Notes under the pieces: generated by a model
The model's database searches: none
Told to the model about the DNA's origin: nothing
Seen by the model: only the letters and a program-made list of their open reading frames with translations
Position numbers and translations under genes: made by a program
DNA from: a virus
Reading direction: 5' to 3' (one strand)
Virus record (IMG/VR): IMGVR_UViG_3300025120_014916
Coordinates: 64,001 to 128,000 of that record
Length of the DNA stretch: 64,000 nucleotides
Part shown: positions 30,282 to 39,748 of the stretch, piece by piece
How positions within the stretch are numbered: position 1 is the first letter of the stretch
How the letters are laid out: every line of letters starts with the position of its first letter

Positions 30282-31040
30282 TTAAATTTTTGCTTTTTCA
30301 ATCTCACCAAATACGCTTAGATATTTTGTGTGGAAAAATTGTAAATTTTCTATCGGCATTGTTTTATCATCTAGAAATCTAAAATCATTGTATTTAAAAC
30401 AATCATCATTACCCATATTGTTCATTTTTTCATTGTTATAAAAATTAATTGCGTAAGCTGCTATTTTGCGTATATCATCATCATTAAAATTAAATAAATT
30501 TGCATGACCCCTGTTGATCCTGTTTATGATAACATTACAAATTTTACTCGGGTATTGCTCAAAATCATGAAGATTTGTTACAACATCATACGTTTTCCAT
30601 GAAGCATCCTTTCTTTTGTTTGTGAATAAAGAAATAAAATCAGACTCAGGTTTTTTTGAGTTCGGTACAACGATATTCTTAAAAGCGTCTACTAATTCTT
30701 TTTTGTATATAACGGGTGTTCCGCCTCTATATTTTTTCATTAAACAGTCATAGTATAACCCTTCAGAGCATAAAACATGTTTATCATTAATTGTTAAATC
30801 GACTAATGTATCGAGTCCTTTATAGACTAATCGATCAGCGTCAGATCTAATTACAAGATCATAGTTTTCTAAATTTTCAATACAGTATTTTCTAAACTTA
30901 TCTAATTTTTGATAAAAAGAAATACTTTCGTTATCAACAACAATGTCATTGTAGCCTAACTTTTCAAAACAGTATCTTGACAATTCTTTTGTTCTTTCAT
31001 CTAGTGATGTTATATAAATCAAGCATTTCTTTTTATTCAT
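30282..31040 (-). CDS. Hypothetical protein, possible GT-A fold glycosyltransferase
   Basis: VIRSDADRLV contains a DxD-like motif; located in the glycan island. Confidence 0.4.
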   Translation of the reverse strand: MNKKKCLIYITSLDERTKELSRYCFEKLGYNDIVVDNESISFYQKLDKFRKYCIENLENYDLVIRSDADRLVYKGLDTLVDLTINDKHVLCSEGLYYDCLMKKYRGGTPVIYKKELVDAFKNIVVPNSKKPESDFISLFTNKRKDASWKTYDVVTNLHDFEQYPSKICNVIINRINRGHANLFNFNDDDIRKIAAYAINFYNNEKMNNMGNDDCFKYNDFRFLDDKTMPIENLQFFHTKYLSVFGEIEKAKI

Positions 31041-31947
31041 TTGACAACCTCATAATTAAAGTGTCACACATCCCAAGCGAAGCCAGCTTATTACCGTATG
31101 CCTCATTTAGATTATCACTGTTTAAAAAGTCGTAAACTTTGTGACCATTTGGTTTGTTTTTTTGTAGCCAATGTATGTGATTTGATGGTGGAAATCTTTG
31201 GATTTGTTTTACATAGTCGACTTTGTAACCTGCTTTTTCTCCAATAACTCTTAAACTTTTCTGACTGTAATAATACAGATGGCACGTCCAAAAATACCAG
31301 TCTCTAAAATCTTGAATGTCATATAAATCAAGTAGTGCGTCATTAATGTTGGGCACTTCAATAATTATTTTACCACAATCTTTTAAATTTTTTTTAAGCT
31401 TTTTCAATTCTGATATTGGGTCTTTAATGTGTTCCATAACATGAAAACATGTTATGAAATCAAATTTTTTACTCACCCTGTCTAGACTATGATGAATCGG
31501 TATGTCAAGATCTACAAAGCTATTTTTTAAGTAGTGTATTAGATGAGTGTCAGGTTCAACCCCCACTACTGAGTTACAAAATTGATTAATCTTATTTATA
31601 AAGCCACCAGCGCCGCAACCGTAGTCCAATACAGACTTGTTTGCGACACTATTGACGAGCATGTTTTTTCTTCGTTCGTCGTCAAAATTTGCATTCTTTT
31701 TCCAAGATTCGAATTTTTCAAAATTAGTAATTTGTTGCTTGCTTAAAAACCTATCATTTTTTAGCATTTTTGAGTTTTCGTAAAAGTCGCCCTCAATAAT
31801 GTGATCGTGGTGTGACAAGAATACAAAATCGCAATCATTACATTTTAAAATTTTAAAGTCTAATTCGGGTTTTACATCGACGTCTCTTATTTTAGTTGGA
31901 ATGCACGCAATGTTCATTGATTCACACAAATAACATTTTTTAATCAT
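31033..31947 (-). CDS. SAM-dependent methyltransferase with N-terminal Cys motifs
   Basis: CYLC...CNDC; VLDYGCGAGGF; VGVEPD; FDFITCFHVMEHI; IIIEVPN. Confidence 0.88.
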   Translation of the reverse strand: MIKKCYLCESMNIACIPTKIRDVDVKPELDFKILKCNDCDFVFLSHHDHIIEGDFYENSKMLKNDRFLSKQQITNFEKFESWKKNANFDDERRKNMLVNSVANKSVLDYGCGAGGFINKINQFCNSVVGVEPDTHLIHYLKNSFVDLDIPIHHSLDRVSKKFDFITCFHVMEHIKDPISELKKLKKNLKDCGKIIIEVPNINDALLDLYDIQDFRDWYFWTCHLYYYSQKSLRVIGEKAGYKVDYVKQIQRFPPSNHIHWLQKNKPNGHKVYDFLNSDNLNEAYGNKLASLGMCDTLIMRLSNE

Positions 31948-32611
31948 TTCTATTTTCCTTTCTGTTTAAAGATTGACGTAACAACATTTCAGCATACTCA
32001 AAATCATCTTTATCGTCGATATCGATTGACTCGAAATTATTTAGTATAATTGTCTTACAATTGTCTGATGTTCTTGCGTTAGAATCTAATACACAGTTCT
32101 TGTAACCGTATATTCCGGATGTTTCAACAAGCACAGGTAAAAGATCCTGTGTCTTAGGTCTAGGTAAAGAAAAATTGATTTTTTCATCATTGAACCAGCA
32201 AAAAGTTTTAATTTTACTCACAGAAGCTACTGATTCGAAGTTATCTTTACACAGAAAGTCTATTGAGCGTTGGTAACTTGAGAGTTTTATAAACGGAGAC
32301 GTGCAGTGAGTTAAAATGTAATTATCAGCAGGAATAATTTTTCTAAACTCCTTGTATATCTGGATTCCTAAAACATCATCATGATCAAATCTTTTATCTC
32401 TGTCTAAAAAAAATATATTTTTACTGTCAAAGTCTATCTTTTTCTTAAGAAGTTCACAATCGCTTGAGAAAACATAAACAGGAACATCTAATTTGTCAAG
32501 TGTTTCCAAGCTCCAGCAAAATAATGGTCGACCTAATAAATTTTTAATGCTTTTATTCTTAAGCCTAGTTGAGTTTATTTTTATTGGCATTAAAAATACT
32601 AGATCTTTCAT
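31940..32611 (-). CDS. CMP-ulosonic acid synthetase (NeuA/KdsB cytidylyltransferase family, NeuA-like)
   Basis: MPIKINSTRLKNKSIKNLLGRPL; HCTSPF; ETSGIY; ESIDIDDKDDF. Confidence 0.88.
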   Translation of the reverse strand: MKDLVFLMPIKINSTRLKNKSIKNLLGRPLFCWSLETLDKLDVPVYVFSSDCELLKKKIDFDSKNIFFLDRDKRFDHDDVLGIQIYKEFRKIIPADNYILTHCTSPFIKLSSYQRSIDFLCKDNFESVASVSKIKTFCWFNDEKINFSLPRPKTQDLLPVLVETSGIYGYKNCVLDSNARTSDNCKTIILNNFESIDIDDKDDFEYAEMLLRQSLNRKENRND

Positions 32612-33183
32612 TTATTCCGCTCCCTATCCTTAATAATTTTTTTACCAATTGAACCTGCAGGGTGGTTTCTTTGGTAGTCTTGTATTGAACATTTTCTTCT
32701 TATAACTGTCTCGCATAATATACCGTGTAAGCATATCATGTACAATGTAGTTGACATCATGGGCGCGTATCCAAACGGTGAAGATTCTCTTTCTACAGGG
32801 ATGTGAATATTGTTTTTACACATCTTTGTTAAAGAAGACTTTTCATCGCTCGTAACAGATACAGTTTCCCATTTTTTGAAATATTTAGCGACGTCGATTG
32901 TTTCTTTTGTTTCTCCTGACTTAGAAACAAAAACAAGTAAGTCACCTTCTTTGATCAACCCAGCATCTCCGTGAAAAGCATGACACACGTCTAAATCATG
33001 CCAGTCTAGGCTGTAAGATCTAGCTGTGTATACTATTTTTCTGCATGCAAAAGCACTTTTACCCATCGTGCAGAATATTACTCTGCTATAATTACAAAAT
33101 ATATCAATTGAACTTTTAATTTCACGATAACTAGGGATATTACTTACTGAGTGTATTGCCTCGCTTAAATGTTGATCGTACAT
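32608..33183 (-). CDS. kdsD: SIS-only sugar-phosphate isomerase, arabinose-5-phosphate isomerase (KdsD/GutQ) like, no CBS domains
   Basis: MGKSAF; AFHGDAG; VSKSGETKET; APMMSTT; NHPAGSIGK, ending before any CBS pair; adjacent to kdsA. Confidence 0.8.
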   Translation of the reverse strand: MYDQHLSEAIHSVSNIPSYREIKSSIDIFCNYSRVIFCTMGKSAFACRKIVYTARSYSLDWHDLDVCHAFHGDAGLIKEGDLLVFVSKSGETKETIDVAKYFKKWETVSVTSDEKSSLTKMCKNNIHIPVERESSPFGYAPMMSTTLYMICLHGILCETVIRRKCSIQDYQRNHPAGSIGKKIIKDRERNK

Positions 33184-33184
33184 T

Positions 33185-33970
33185 TTAGTTCACCGCTTTT
33201 TTTATCTTTACACATTTTTTAATTATTTTTTCAATATTTGACATGTCAAGCATAGACATGCTATCGCTTAATGCTGAATTGGGGTCTGGGTGTGTTTCTA
33301 TGAAAAGACCATCTGCACCTGCTGCAATTGCTGCATAACACATTGTCGATATTAACTCAGGATCGCCACCGGTGATACCATCGCTTCTATTTGGCTTCTG
33401 CAAACTATGTGTGCAATCAACAATAACATTGCTACAATATTTTTTAATTTTCGGTATGTTTGTAACGTCAACAATTAAGTCTGAGTAGCCAAACGTATTA
33501 CCTCTTTCTGTTATGAAAATCTTGTCTTTACCTGCTTTTTTTACTTTTTCATAGGCATACTTCATTGTTATGTGAGAAGCAAATTGACCTTTTTTTATAT
33601 TAATTGATAAACCTGAATTTGCTGCTGCTAATAACAATTCTGTCTGTCTGCATAAAAATGCAGGAATCTGGACGTGACTGACATAGTCTTTGACAATATC
33701 TACATCTTTGCATTCGTGTATATCAGTGATGACAGGCAAATCAAATTTTCCGCTTACTTCTTTTAGAATATTAAGCGCTTCTTCATCACCTATACCCGTA
33801 AATGAATTAATTTTTGTCCTATTTGCTTTTTTATATGAAGCCTTAAAGATTAATTCAATATTATTTTCATTGCAAATTCTTTTTAAGTGTTCTGCTATTT
33901 TAAAGACAGTGTTTTTGCTTTCAATAACGCACGGGCCGGCAATTAGTTTAAAGTTGTACTTATTTTTCAT
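33185..33970 (-). CDS. kdsA: 3-deoxy-D-manno-octulosonate 8-phosphate synthase
   Basis: LIAGPCVIES; FKASYKKANRT; TDIHE; QIPAFLCRQTELL; NIKKGQF; TERG..FGY; DCTHSLQ; GLFIETHPDP..ALSD. Confidence 0.96.
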   Translation of the reverse strand: MKNKYNFKLIAGPCVIESKNTVFKIAEHLKRICNENNIELIFKASYKKANRTKINSFTGIGDEEALNILKEVSGKFDLPVITDIHECKDVDIVKDYVSHVQIPAFLCRQTELLLAAANSGLSINIKKGQFASHITMKYAYEKVKKAGKDKIFITERGNTFGYSDLIVDVTNIPKIKKYCSNVIVDCTHSLQKPNRSDGITGGDPELISTMCYAAIAAGADGLFIETHPDPNSALSDSMSMLDMSNIEKIIKKCVKIKKAVN

Positions 33971-33973
33971 CTT

Positions 33974-34294
33974 TTATAAATCCTTTATTAGTGCTAATAA
34001 ATCTTTATTTTTTCCTTTTTCCCATCTAAAGCCTCTATCATCAACAAACAAATCGCAGTTAATCTTATTCATAACCAAACCAGTATAATTCAAACCGGCT
34101 TCTTTAAGAAAATTATCTGTGTATTTAAAGTGTTTAAAGTGTCTGGCAGTAAAAATGTATATTTCATGACCTTTTTCATATAAGTCATTTACCAAATTAA
34201 TCATATCAGGGTACAGAAAAGAATCTTTGTAATTCTTTTCCGGAGAACCTTGTGATGCTAACGTATTATCTAAATCAAAAGCTATTCTTATCAT
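33974..34294 (-). CDS. Small HAD-family phosphatase (candidate KdsC-equivalent)
   Basis: IAFDLDNTL (motif I), IFTAR (motif II), K...DLFVDDR (motifs III/IV). Confidence 0.8.
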   Translation of the reverse strand: MIRIAFDLDNTLASQGSPEKNYKDSFLYPDMINLVNDLYEKGHEIYIFTARHFKHFKYTDNFLKEAGLNYTGLVMNKINCDLFVDDRGFRWEKGKNKDLLALIKDL

Positions 34295-34300
34295 GTTAAC

Positions 34301-34328
34301 ATTATACTTTTCTTTATCTAAATGTACA
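34301..34328 (-). promoter_or_regulatory. Sigma70-like promoter TGTACA-N16-TATAAT, 6 nt before the HAD ATG (leaderless)
   Basis: Consensus -10 at 34301-34306 in the only gap ahead of the HAD-kdsA-kdsD-synthetase run. The AT-rich background lowers specificity. Confidence 0.45.
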
Positions 34329-34333
34329 TTAAT

Positions 34334-35452
34334 TTAAATTATTTTATTTTCTACCAAGTAGTTTATAATATTTTTATCAGCTTCTATTTCTATTTTGTGC
34401 TTATAGTCTTTATTCTTGCTAGGTCTATCTTTAATTGATGTTATTTTTTCTTTTATTTCATCAATTCCACTAGTTACAATTGTTACTTTTCCGGAAAGCT
34501 CTTGTTTAAGCGTATCAATTGCAAACTTATTGTGATTATTTGATTGGTCTGAGTTGTATACGATTATGTTTTCTGCGTTTTTTATGTAAGCACTGTCAAC
34601 AAAAGAAGATGTTATACCTAAAAGTAAAATTAAATGTGATTCTTTAAACATTGTCATCATAGCACTGGGGAAAAATAGATCTCTTTCTATTACTATGTCA
34701 GGTTTTGCATCGATAGCAAGCTTGTGAAGTACTGTATGACTTTCGTTGAACGGGTATCCTTTTTCTCTTCTTTTCCAAACTACTGTATATCCCGCTTGTT
34801 TTAAAAAAATTATAATCTCTTGAATGTTATTTACAAGAGTACTTTCATCTTCTTCTTTCCTGAACCATCTTTCAGGTATAAAACATACTTTTTTACTACT
34901 GATATCTTTTATTAGCTTTTCTGTATTGCTATTATTGTTATATTTAAACTGACTAAGCCTAGTATTGCCCAAGTATAAACAGTTTTGCACTTTATTTTTA
35001 AACAAGAAGTCTTCATCAATCTTATAACGTGCAATATTTAAAATAATTTTATTTTTATATGGGCTTCTATGAAAAGTTTGTATTGCATCGTAACTCCAAG
35101 TAAAATGTATTATTTTATCAGGAACCTTAGGTATCCAAGTAGGATATTTATGCCAAACACCTTGAATAAATGCCACGTTAGGTTTTCTTTTGTCAAAAAT
35201 ATTTTCAAATTTTATTTTATCATTTTGACCAAAAAAATCAATATCAGATTCGGGTATTACTATATTATTTTTAGCAAGTGTATCTTTGATGAAATTAATT
35301 ATTTCATTTTTTTCATAATAATAGAATTGTCTTTTTTTACTTAAACAATCAAAAATGCATATCCAGGGTTTATATCCCTTATTTATTGATTCTATTAATG
35401 TTGTAAACATATCTTGGAAATCAACGATTCCTGTGAAGTAAAATGCTATCAT
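34334..35452 (-). CDS. Hypothetical protein, possible GT-B fold transferase
   Basis: 372 aa; YLGNTRL and VVWKRREKG resemble the G.PR and K.HP positions of GT-B sialyl/glycerophosphate-type transferases; adjoins the Kdo module. Confidence 0.4.
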   Translation of the reverse strand: MIAFYFTGIVDFQDMFTTLIESINKGYKPWICIFDCLSKKRQFYYYEKNEIINFIKDTLAKNNIVIPESDIDFFGQNDKIKFENIFDKRKPNVAFIQGVWHKYPTWIPKVPDKIIHFTWSYDAIQTFHRSPYKNKIILNIARYKIDEDFLFKNKVQNCLYLGNTRLSQFKYNNNSNTEKLIKDISSKKVCFIPERWFRKEEDESTLVNNIQEIIIFLKQAGYTVVWKRREKGYPFNESHTVLHKLAIDAKPDIVIERDLFFPSAMMTMFKESHLILLLGITSSFVDSAYIKNAENIIVYNSDQSNNHNKFAIDTLKQELSGKVTIVTSGIDEIKEKITSIKDRPSKNKDYKHKIEIEADKNIINYLVENKII

Positions 35453-36108
35453 TTTTTTGTTCCTTGCAAAATAATATAAAGTTGTGGGTTGTCATCCCAC
35501 AGAGGCATACAGAAGACAGATATGTTTTTAAACATTTCTTCAACATCGTTTAAATTTATAATTGTGGGTACTTCGCTTTGTATAGCATTTTCCAAATCAT
35601 CATAACCATATTTTTTAATTCTGTCAGAAAATACTTTGACGCCTTCTTGATTCAGAAAGCTTTTATCCCAAAGGCATGAAGCTATATAGTTACCTTCAAA
35701 ATAACATTGTTCTTTTTCATTTTCATCTTGGAATCCCACTCTAAACTTTTTATATCTTAAGTGATCGCCTAAACCCCAGTCAACAAATATTCTACCACCA
35801 GGATTTAAAAAATTATTAATTTCAGAAATAAACTTTTTTGGATTATTAGAAAAGTAAGGACATCTTGTGCACACAATTAAGTCAAACTTCTTATCAAATT
35901 TGTATGGGAAGCTATTTATATTCCAGTTTTCCATGCTTATGTCGTAAAATTCTCTAATTTCAGACTTTATTTGCTTTGTAAATGTATTTTCTTTATCTTG
36001 CCCTAAAAAACAAATAGACTTTACATTATTTTTAATATTAAATTGAGTGGTATAAAAATTAAAAAAATTCTCATATACATCAAAAACATAAGGGTCTGAT
36101 TTTCCCAT
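35449..36108 (-). CDS. SAM-dependent methyltransferase
   Basis: SICFLG; KKFDLIVCTRCPYF; FLNPGGRIFVD. Confidence 0.75.
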   Translation of the reverse strand: MGKSDPYVFDVYENFFNFYTTQFNIKNNVKSICFLGQDKENTFTKQIKSEIREFYDISMENWNINSFPYKFDKKFDLIVCTRCPYFSNNPKKFISEINNFLNPGGRIFVDWGLGDHLRYKKFRVGFQDENEKEQCYFEGNYIASCLWDKSFLNQEGVKVFSDRIKKYGYDDLENAIQSEVPTIINLNDVEEMFKNISVFCMPLWDDNPQLYIILQGTKK

Positions 36109-36109
36109 T

Positions 36110-36841
36110 TTATAATTCCCTTAAGAAACAAAATTGCTTTTCTTTTTGTTGTTTTAAAAAGCTTATAAGCTTATTTGATAGATTAGTTGATAAATAATTT
36201 TTGTCCCATTCACAAGCATGATATACTATTTCTGTCTTTTCATATAACTTTAGTTCATCAAATGGCGGATTTACATTATAATAAACAACATTTTTAAAAT
36301 CTTCATCTTTTTTGCAATAAGTTTTTTTTGCGTACTCTTTGGGCGACAAAGCTAACAATTCAATCCCTATATCTGATGCTGCCTGTATTGCTTCTGGCGA
36401 CATTCGCCACGCAGGTGGCCTAAAAATATTTTTAAATTCGTTTTTTAAATTAGCTAACTTGACAACTTCAAACATTGCTTTGAATGTCTGAACAGACTGA
36501 TCGTAATTTAAATTATTAAATTCGTCATTGTCACTTTTTCCCGGTATTCCGTGATAAAATCCGTGATAGCATATTTCAAAATTTAATTTAGGTAAGTTTC
36601 TAAGCTCATTACAGAATTCTGGAAATTTATTAATCTGTAACGGTATCGACGTGGTTGTCCCGGGTTTGATTGTCCGCCAGTAAGATAATGGTACAAATAA
36701 TGAAAATTTTACTTTAGGAAACTCACTAATGACTTCAAAGCAACGATCCAAAACCTTAGTGGAAGACATTGGGTGTGGCGATATGTCATCAATACTAATG
36801 TTAACTTTATACATAGGACTCTCCATTTTTAATATTTTCAA
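36110..36841 (-). CDS. Polysaccharide deacetylase-like (NodB/CE4, DUF2334-type) protein
   Basis: NISIDDISP; CYHGFYH; FRPPAW; VYHA. Confidence 0.82.
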   Translation of the reverse strand: MKILKMESPMYKVNISIDDISPHPMSSTKVLDRCFEVISEFPKVKFSLFVPLSYWRTIKPGTTTSIPLQINKFPEFCNELRNLPKLNFEICYHGFYHGIPGKSDNDEFNNLNYDQSVQTFKAMFEVVKLANLKNEFKNIFRPPAWRMSPEAIQAASDIGIELLALSPKEYAKKTYCKKDEDFKNVVYYNVNPPFDELKLYEKTEIVYHACEWDKNYLSTNLSNKLISFLKQQKEKQFCFLREL

Positions 36842-37757
36842 TACACTTGATGTACATCATGATTGACGTATTTATTCTTTCATTGTATTTTAATACATTT
36901 GACTTAAATTTACCAAAATTGTCTATTATTGTTTCAGCTGATTGTATAAAACCATTAATGTCATTATAACTTAAACCGTAGTCTTTACAGTATTCGTTTA
37001 TTGAGCCACCCTTATCATGATATATTACAGGCAAACCTGCCGCCATTGCCTCTAATACATGATTTGCTCCGGCTTCCTCTACTGATGCTGTCAAGTATAT
37101 GTCATACGTTGGTAGCATTTCAGATAAAATTATTTCGTCTACTGGTTCTATTAAGTTCCAGCCTTCATTGCTGAAGTCTTTGTTGTATCTGCCGATATAA
37201 GTTAATTCAAAATCTTTTTTAGAAAGCTTTCCAAGTTTTGAATAAATACCTACTTTATTATAAAAATCAAACCCTTTTTTTTCATTTGTCGACCAATGAT
37301 GTGTAACAATCTTTATTTTTTTACCTATTTTTGAATTAATTCTTTTATTGTAAAATATATCCAAAGGTTTGTTTTCAATAATTTTAAAGTTATTTCCTTT
37401 ATAACTCAAGTATTCTCTTGACCAATTACTTGGAAAAATAAATAAATCTGTATAACCTGCGTCTATGATCGCTTTTAAAAGATATGTTAACTCAGGTTTT
37501 GAGTGTGTACCAACGTCACCCACTCTTTGGATTATAACTGTATTTGGATTGTTACGTTTATAGTTGACAAAATGTTCATACCATATACTACTTTGGTTTG
37601 GTCTAGGGTCATAACAAAAAATTACATCAATATTCTTTTCTAGTTCAAAGACTACTTTATGATTTCGTGACATCAATGCTTTGCAAAGCTCTGTTAATGT
37701 TTTGTTTCCTCCGCCCCAGGGTCCAATTGTGGGTTTTCTATTAATATATATTTTCAT
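36807..37757 (-). CDS. Glycosyltransferase family 4
   Basis: PWGGGN; KKGFDFY; YLTASVEEAGANHVLEAMAAGLPVIY. Confidence 0.88.
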   Translation of the reverse strand: MKIYINRKPTIGPWGGGNKTLTELCKALMSRNHKVVFELEKNIDVIFCYDPRPNQSSIWYEHFVNYKRNNPNTVIIQRVGDVGTHSKPELTYLLKAIIDAGYTDLFIFPSNWSREYLSYKGNNFKIIENKPLDIFYNKRINSKIGKKIKIVTHHWSTNEKKGFDFYNKVGIYSKLGKLSKKDFELTYIGRYNKDFSNEGWNLIEPVDEIILSEMLPTYDIYLTASVEEAGANHVLEAMAAGLPVIYHDKGGSINEYCKDYGLSYNDINGFIQSAETIIDNFGKFKSNVLKYNERINTSIMMYIKCIENIKNGESYV

Positions 37758-38824
37758 AAAAAATCTTTATGCCTTGATATCTTTATTTTATCCAAAAACT
37801 CATTTAAATTATCTCCTACACATAAGTGTGGGCATTTCTTTACGTCGAGTTTATTTAAAACTTCTTTTCTTTTTTTACCATGCCATATCTCATAAAAACT
37901 TTTAAATTTTATATTACCTAAGTAGCCTTCACTCTTACCAGTTAGAGAACAACATATATATAGATCGCCTGTTGCAGTAATTGTTGTCGACTTAAAAGAT
38001 TGTGCATGACAAACATTATAGCTTCTACATGTTCCTTGACCAGACAATATTTTTTTATATTTACCTTCATCAATTATTACCTTGAACTTATCATCTTCGT
38101 ATGTCATAGCATCACAAAATATTCTATTTAATTCTTCAGAGTCTACAGACTTGTAATCGTATAAAAACCCGAAGCTAGGTCTTAACTGAGCATAGTCTAA
38201 ACCACATATTTTGCATAACTTGATAAATTTATATAATTCTCTATCCATTTCAGGATATTGATTTGTTATATAGCCTGCGCCTAATGTCACAGAAAGATTT
38301 TGTTTTGTTTTGATTCTAGCAAGAAGCTTCATGTTTCTTACTGTTAATGCAAAATTTGCTGTCTTTCCATGTGTTTTCTTATGTGTTTCAATGCTAAATG
38401 CATCAAGCGATATTCTAATCCACTCAAACATGCATAATAATTCTTCCATAGGCCATTTATCAAATCTAGATCCGTTACATATAAGACCTATTTTAAAACC
38501 TTTTTCATGTGTTAGTCTAATTATTTTATCAAATTGCTTATGTGTCGTTGGTTCCCCACCGCCCGTATAATTAATACCTTTTACACCACATTTCTTAAGA
38601 CTGTCTAATAAACCTTCGAATAGGTCGAAGCTTAAACTATTGTTATCGTTGTGGATCAATTCATAATCAATGCACCCTGGACAGTCATGATTACAAACGT
38701 TTGTTAGATCGATTTTAATATTAACCGGACCGGATGTGTCTCCATGCGCGTACCATTCAGCGTACTTAGCTGGATGATTTAACACCTTATTACCTTTTAA
38801 AAAACTCATTTTATTAATACACAC
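37754..38824 (-). CDS. Radical SAM / SPASM-twitch domain protein
   Basis: CNHDCPGC (CxxxCxxC); TGGGEP; C-terminal C...C...GDLYICC...YLGNI...FYEIW...C..C. Confidence 0.92.
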   Translation of the reverse strand: MCINKMSFLKGNKVLNHPAKYAEWYAHGDTSGPVNIKIDLTNVCNHDCPGCIDYELIHNDNNSLSFDLFEGLLDSLKKCGVKGINYTGGGEPTTHKQFDKIIRLTHEKGFKIGLICNGSRFDKWPMEELLCMFEWIRISLDAFSIETHKKTHGKTANFALTVRNMKLLARIKTKQNLSVTLGAGYITNQYPEMDRELYKFIKLCKICGLDYAQLRPSFGFLYDYKSVDSEELNRIFCDAMTYEDDKFKVIIDEGKYKKILSGQGTCRSYNVCHAQSFKSTTITATGDLYICCSLTGKSEGYLGNIKFKSFYEIWHGKKRKEVLNKLDVKKCPHLCVGDNLNEFLDKIKISRHKDFL

Positions 38825-39746
38825 TCTTTAAATATTTAACAATTGCTTTAGGCGTCCAAAAATTTTCATAATACTCTCTACAATTATTACCATGATGTTT
38901 ATAGTTTTTTATAACTGAGCCCAGCCTTTCAATCCAGTCATCATCATTTAAATTTATTTCCGGTATGTGATTTTTCCAAGTCAAACCGTTATCGTATGAA
39001 TTCTTTCTTAGTACTATACAGTTACCTAGGTAACATTGATCAACCATCCTAGACGTATATTCTCCAATACCAGGAGGATTAATTACAACCTTGCAGTTTA
39101 AACTGGCTTTTATATATTCCTTATAGGGTAAACCAGCATGTAAAACTCTAAAATTTGTTTTCTTAAGACGGTTTATGATGTCTAATCTAGAATTATTAAT
39201 ATATTCTCCCATGTTTTTACTATCACCTGTTAAATTAAATTTTTTATGATCTGACCATGCTATTAAAGGGTCAGATTCGCTAGGTCTCGGGTAGTTGTAT
39301 GGCTTCTCTTGGAAAAACACCCCTATGTCATATTCTTTTTCTACGACGTCGTACTTTTTGATTATTTCGTTTCTATTATTATAAAGTATGTCATAAAAAT
39401 TTTTATTAAATGACCACTTAAAAAATGGAAAAACCTTTCCATTGTTAGCTTCTGCTATATCTTTTATGTTTTTTGACCACTTGTTTGAATAAGCAGACTT
39501 AAAAAATATAAAGGGTTTACCACTACTGTCTTTGATAACTCTCTTTATTCTTCCACAATATTCTTGTATGTTTATATCCTCATTGACACCATCAGAAGTG
39601 TCAATGAAGAAATTAATATCTTTCCCTTTAAAAACTGCAGTCTTAGGTATTAGCGTCTGATTTTTGTACGTGCTAACTAAACCTGATTTTAATAGTTCAT
39701 TGTGTAAGAATCTAAATCTTTCCCTATCGTAATATGCATCAAACAA
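38814..39746 (-). CDS. Glycosyltransferase-like protein (GT-B C-terminal domain, CgeB/GT1_2-like)
   Basis: YKEYIKASLNCKVVINPPGIGEYTSRMVD...LGNCIV. Confidence 0.65.
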   Translation of the reverse strand: MFDAYYDRERFRFLHNELLKSGLVSTYKNQTLIPKTAVFKGKDINFFIDTSDGVNEDINIQEYCGRIKRVIKDSSGKPFIFFKSAYSNKWSKNIKDIAEANNGKVFPFFKWSFNKNFYDILYNNRNEIIKKYDVVEKEYDIGVFFQEKPYNYPRPSESDPLIAWSDHKKFNLTGDSKNMGEYINNSRLDIINRLKKTNFRVLHAGLPYKEYIKASLNCKVVINPPGIGEYTSRMVDQCYLGNCIVLRKNSYDNGLTWKNHIPEINLNDDDWIERLGSVIKNYKHHGNNCREYYENFWTPKAIVKYLKSVY

Positions 39747-39748
39747 TT

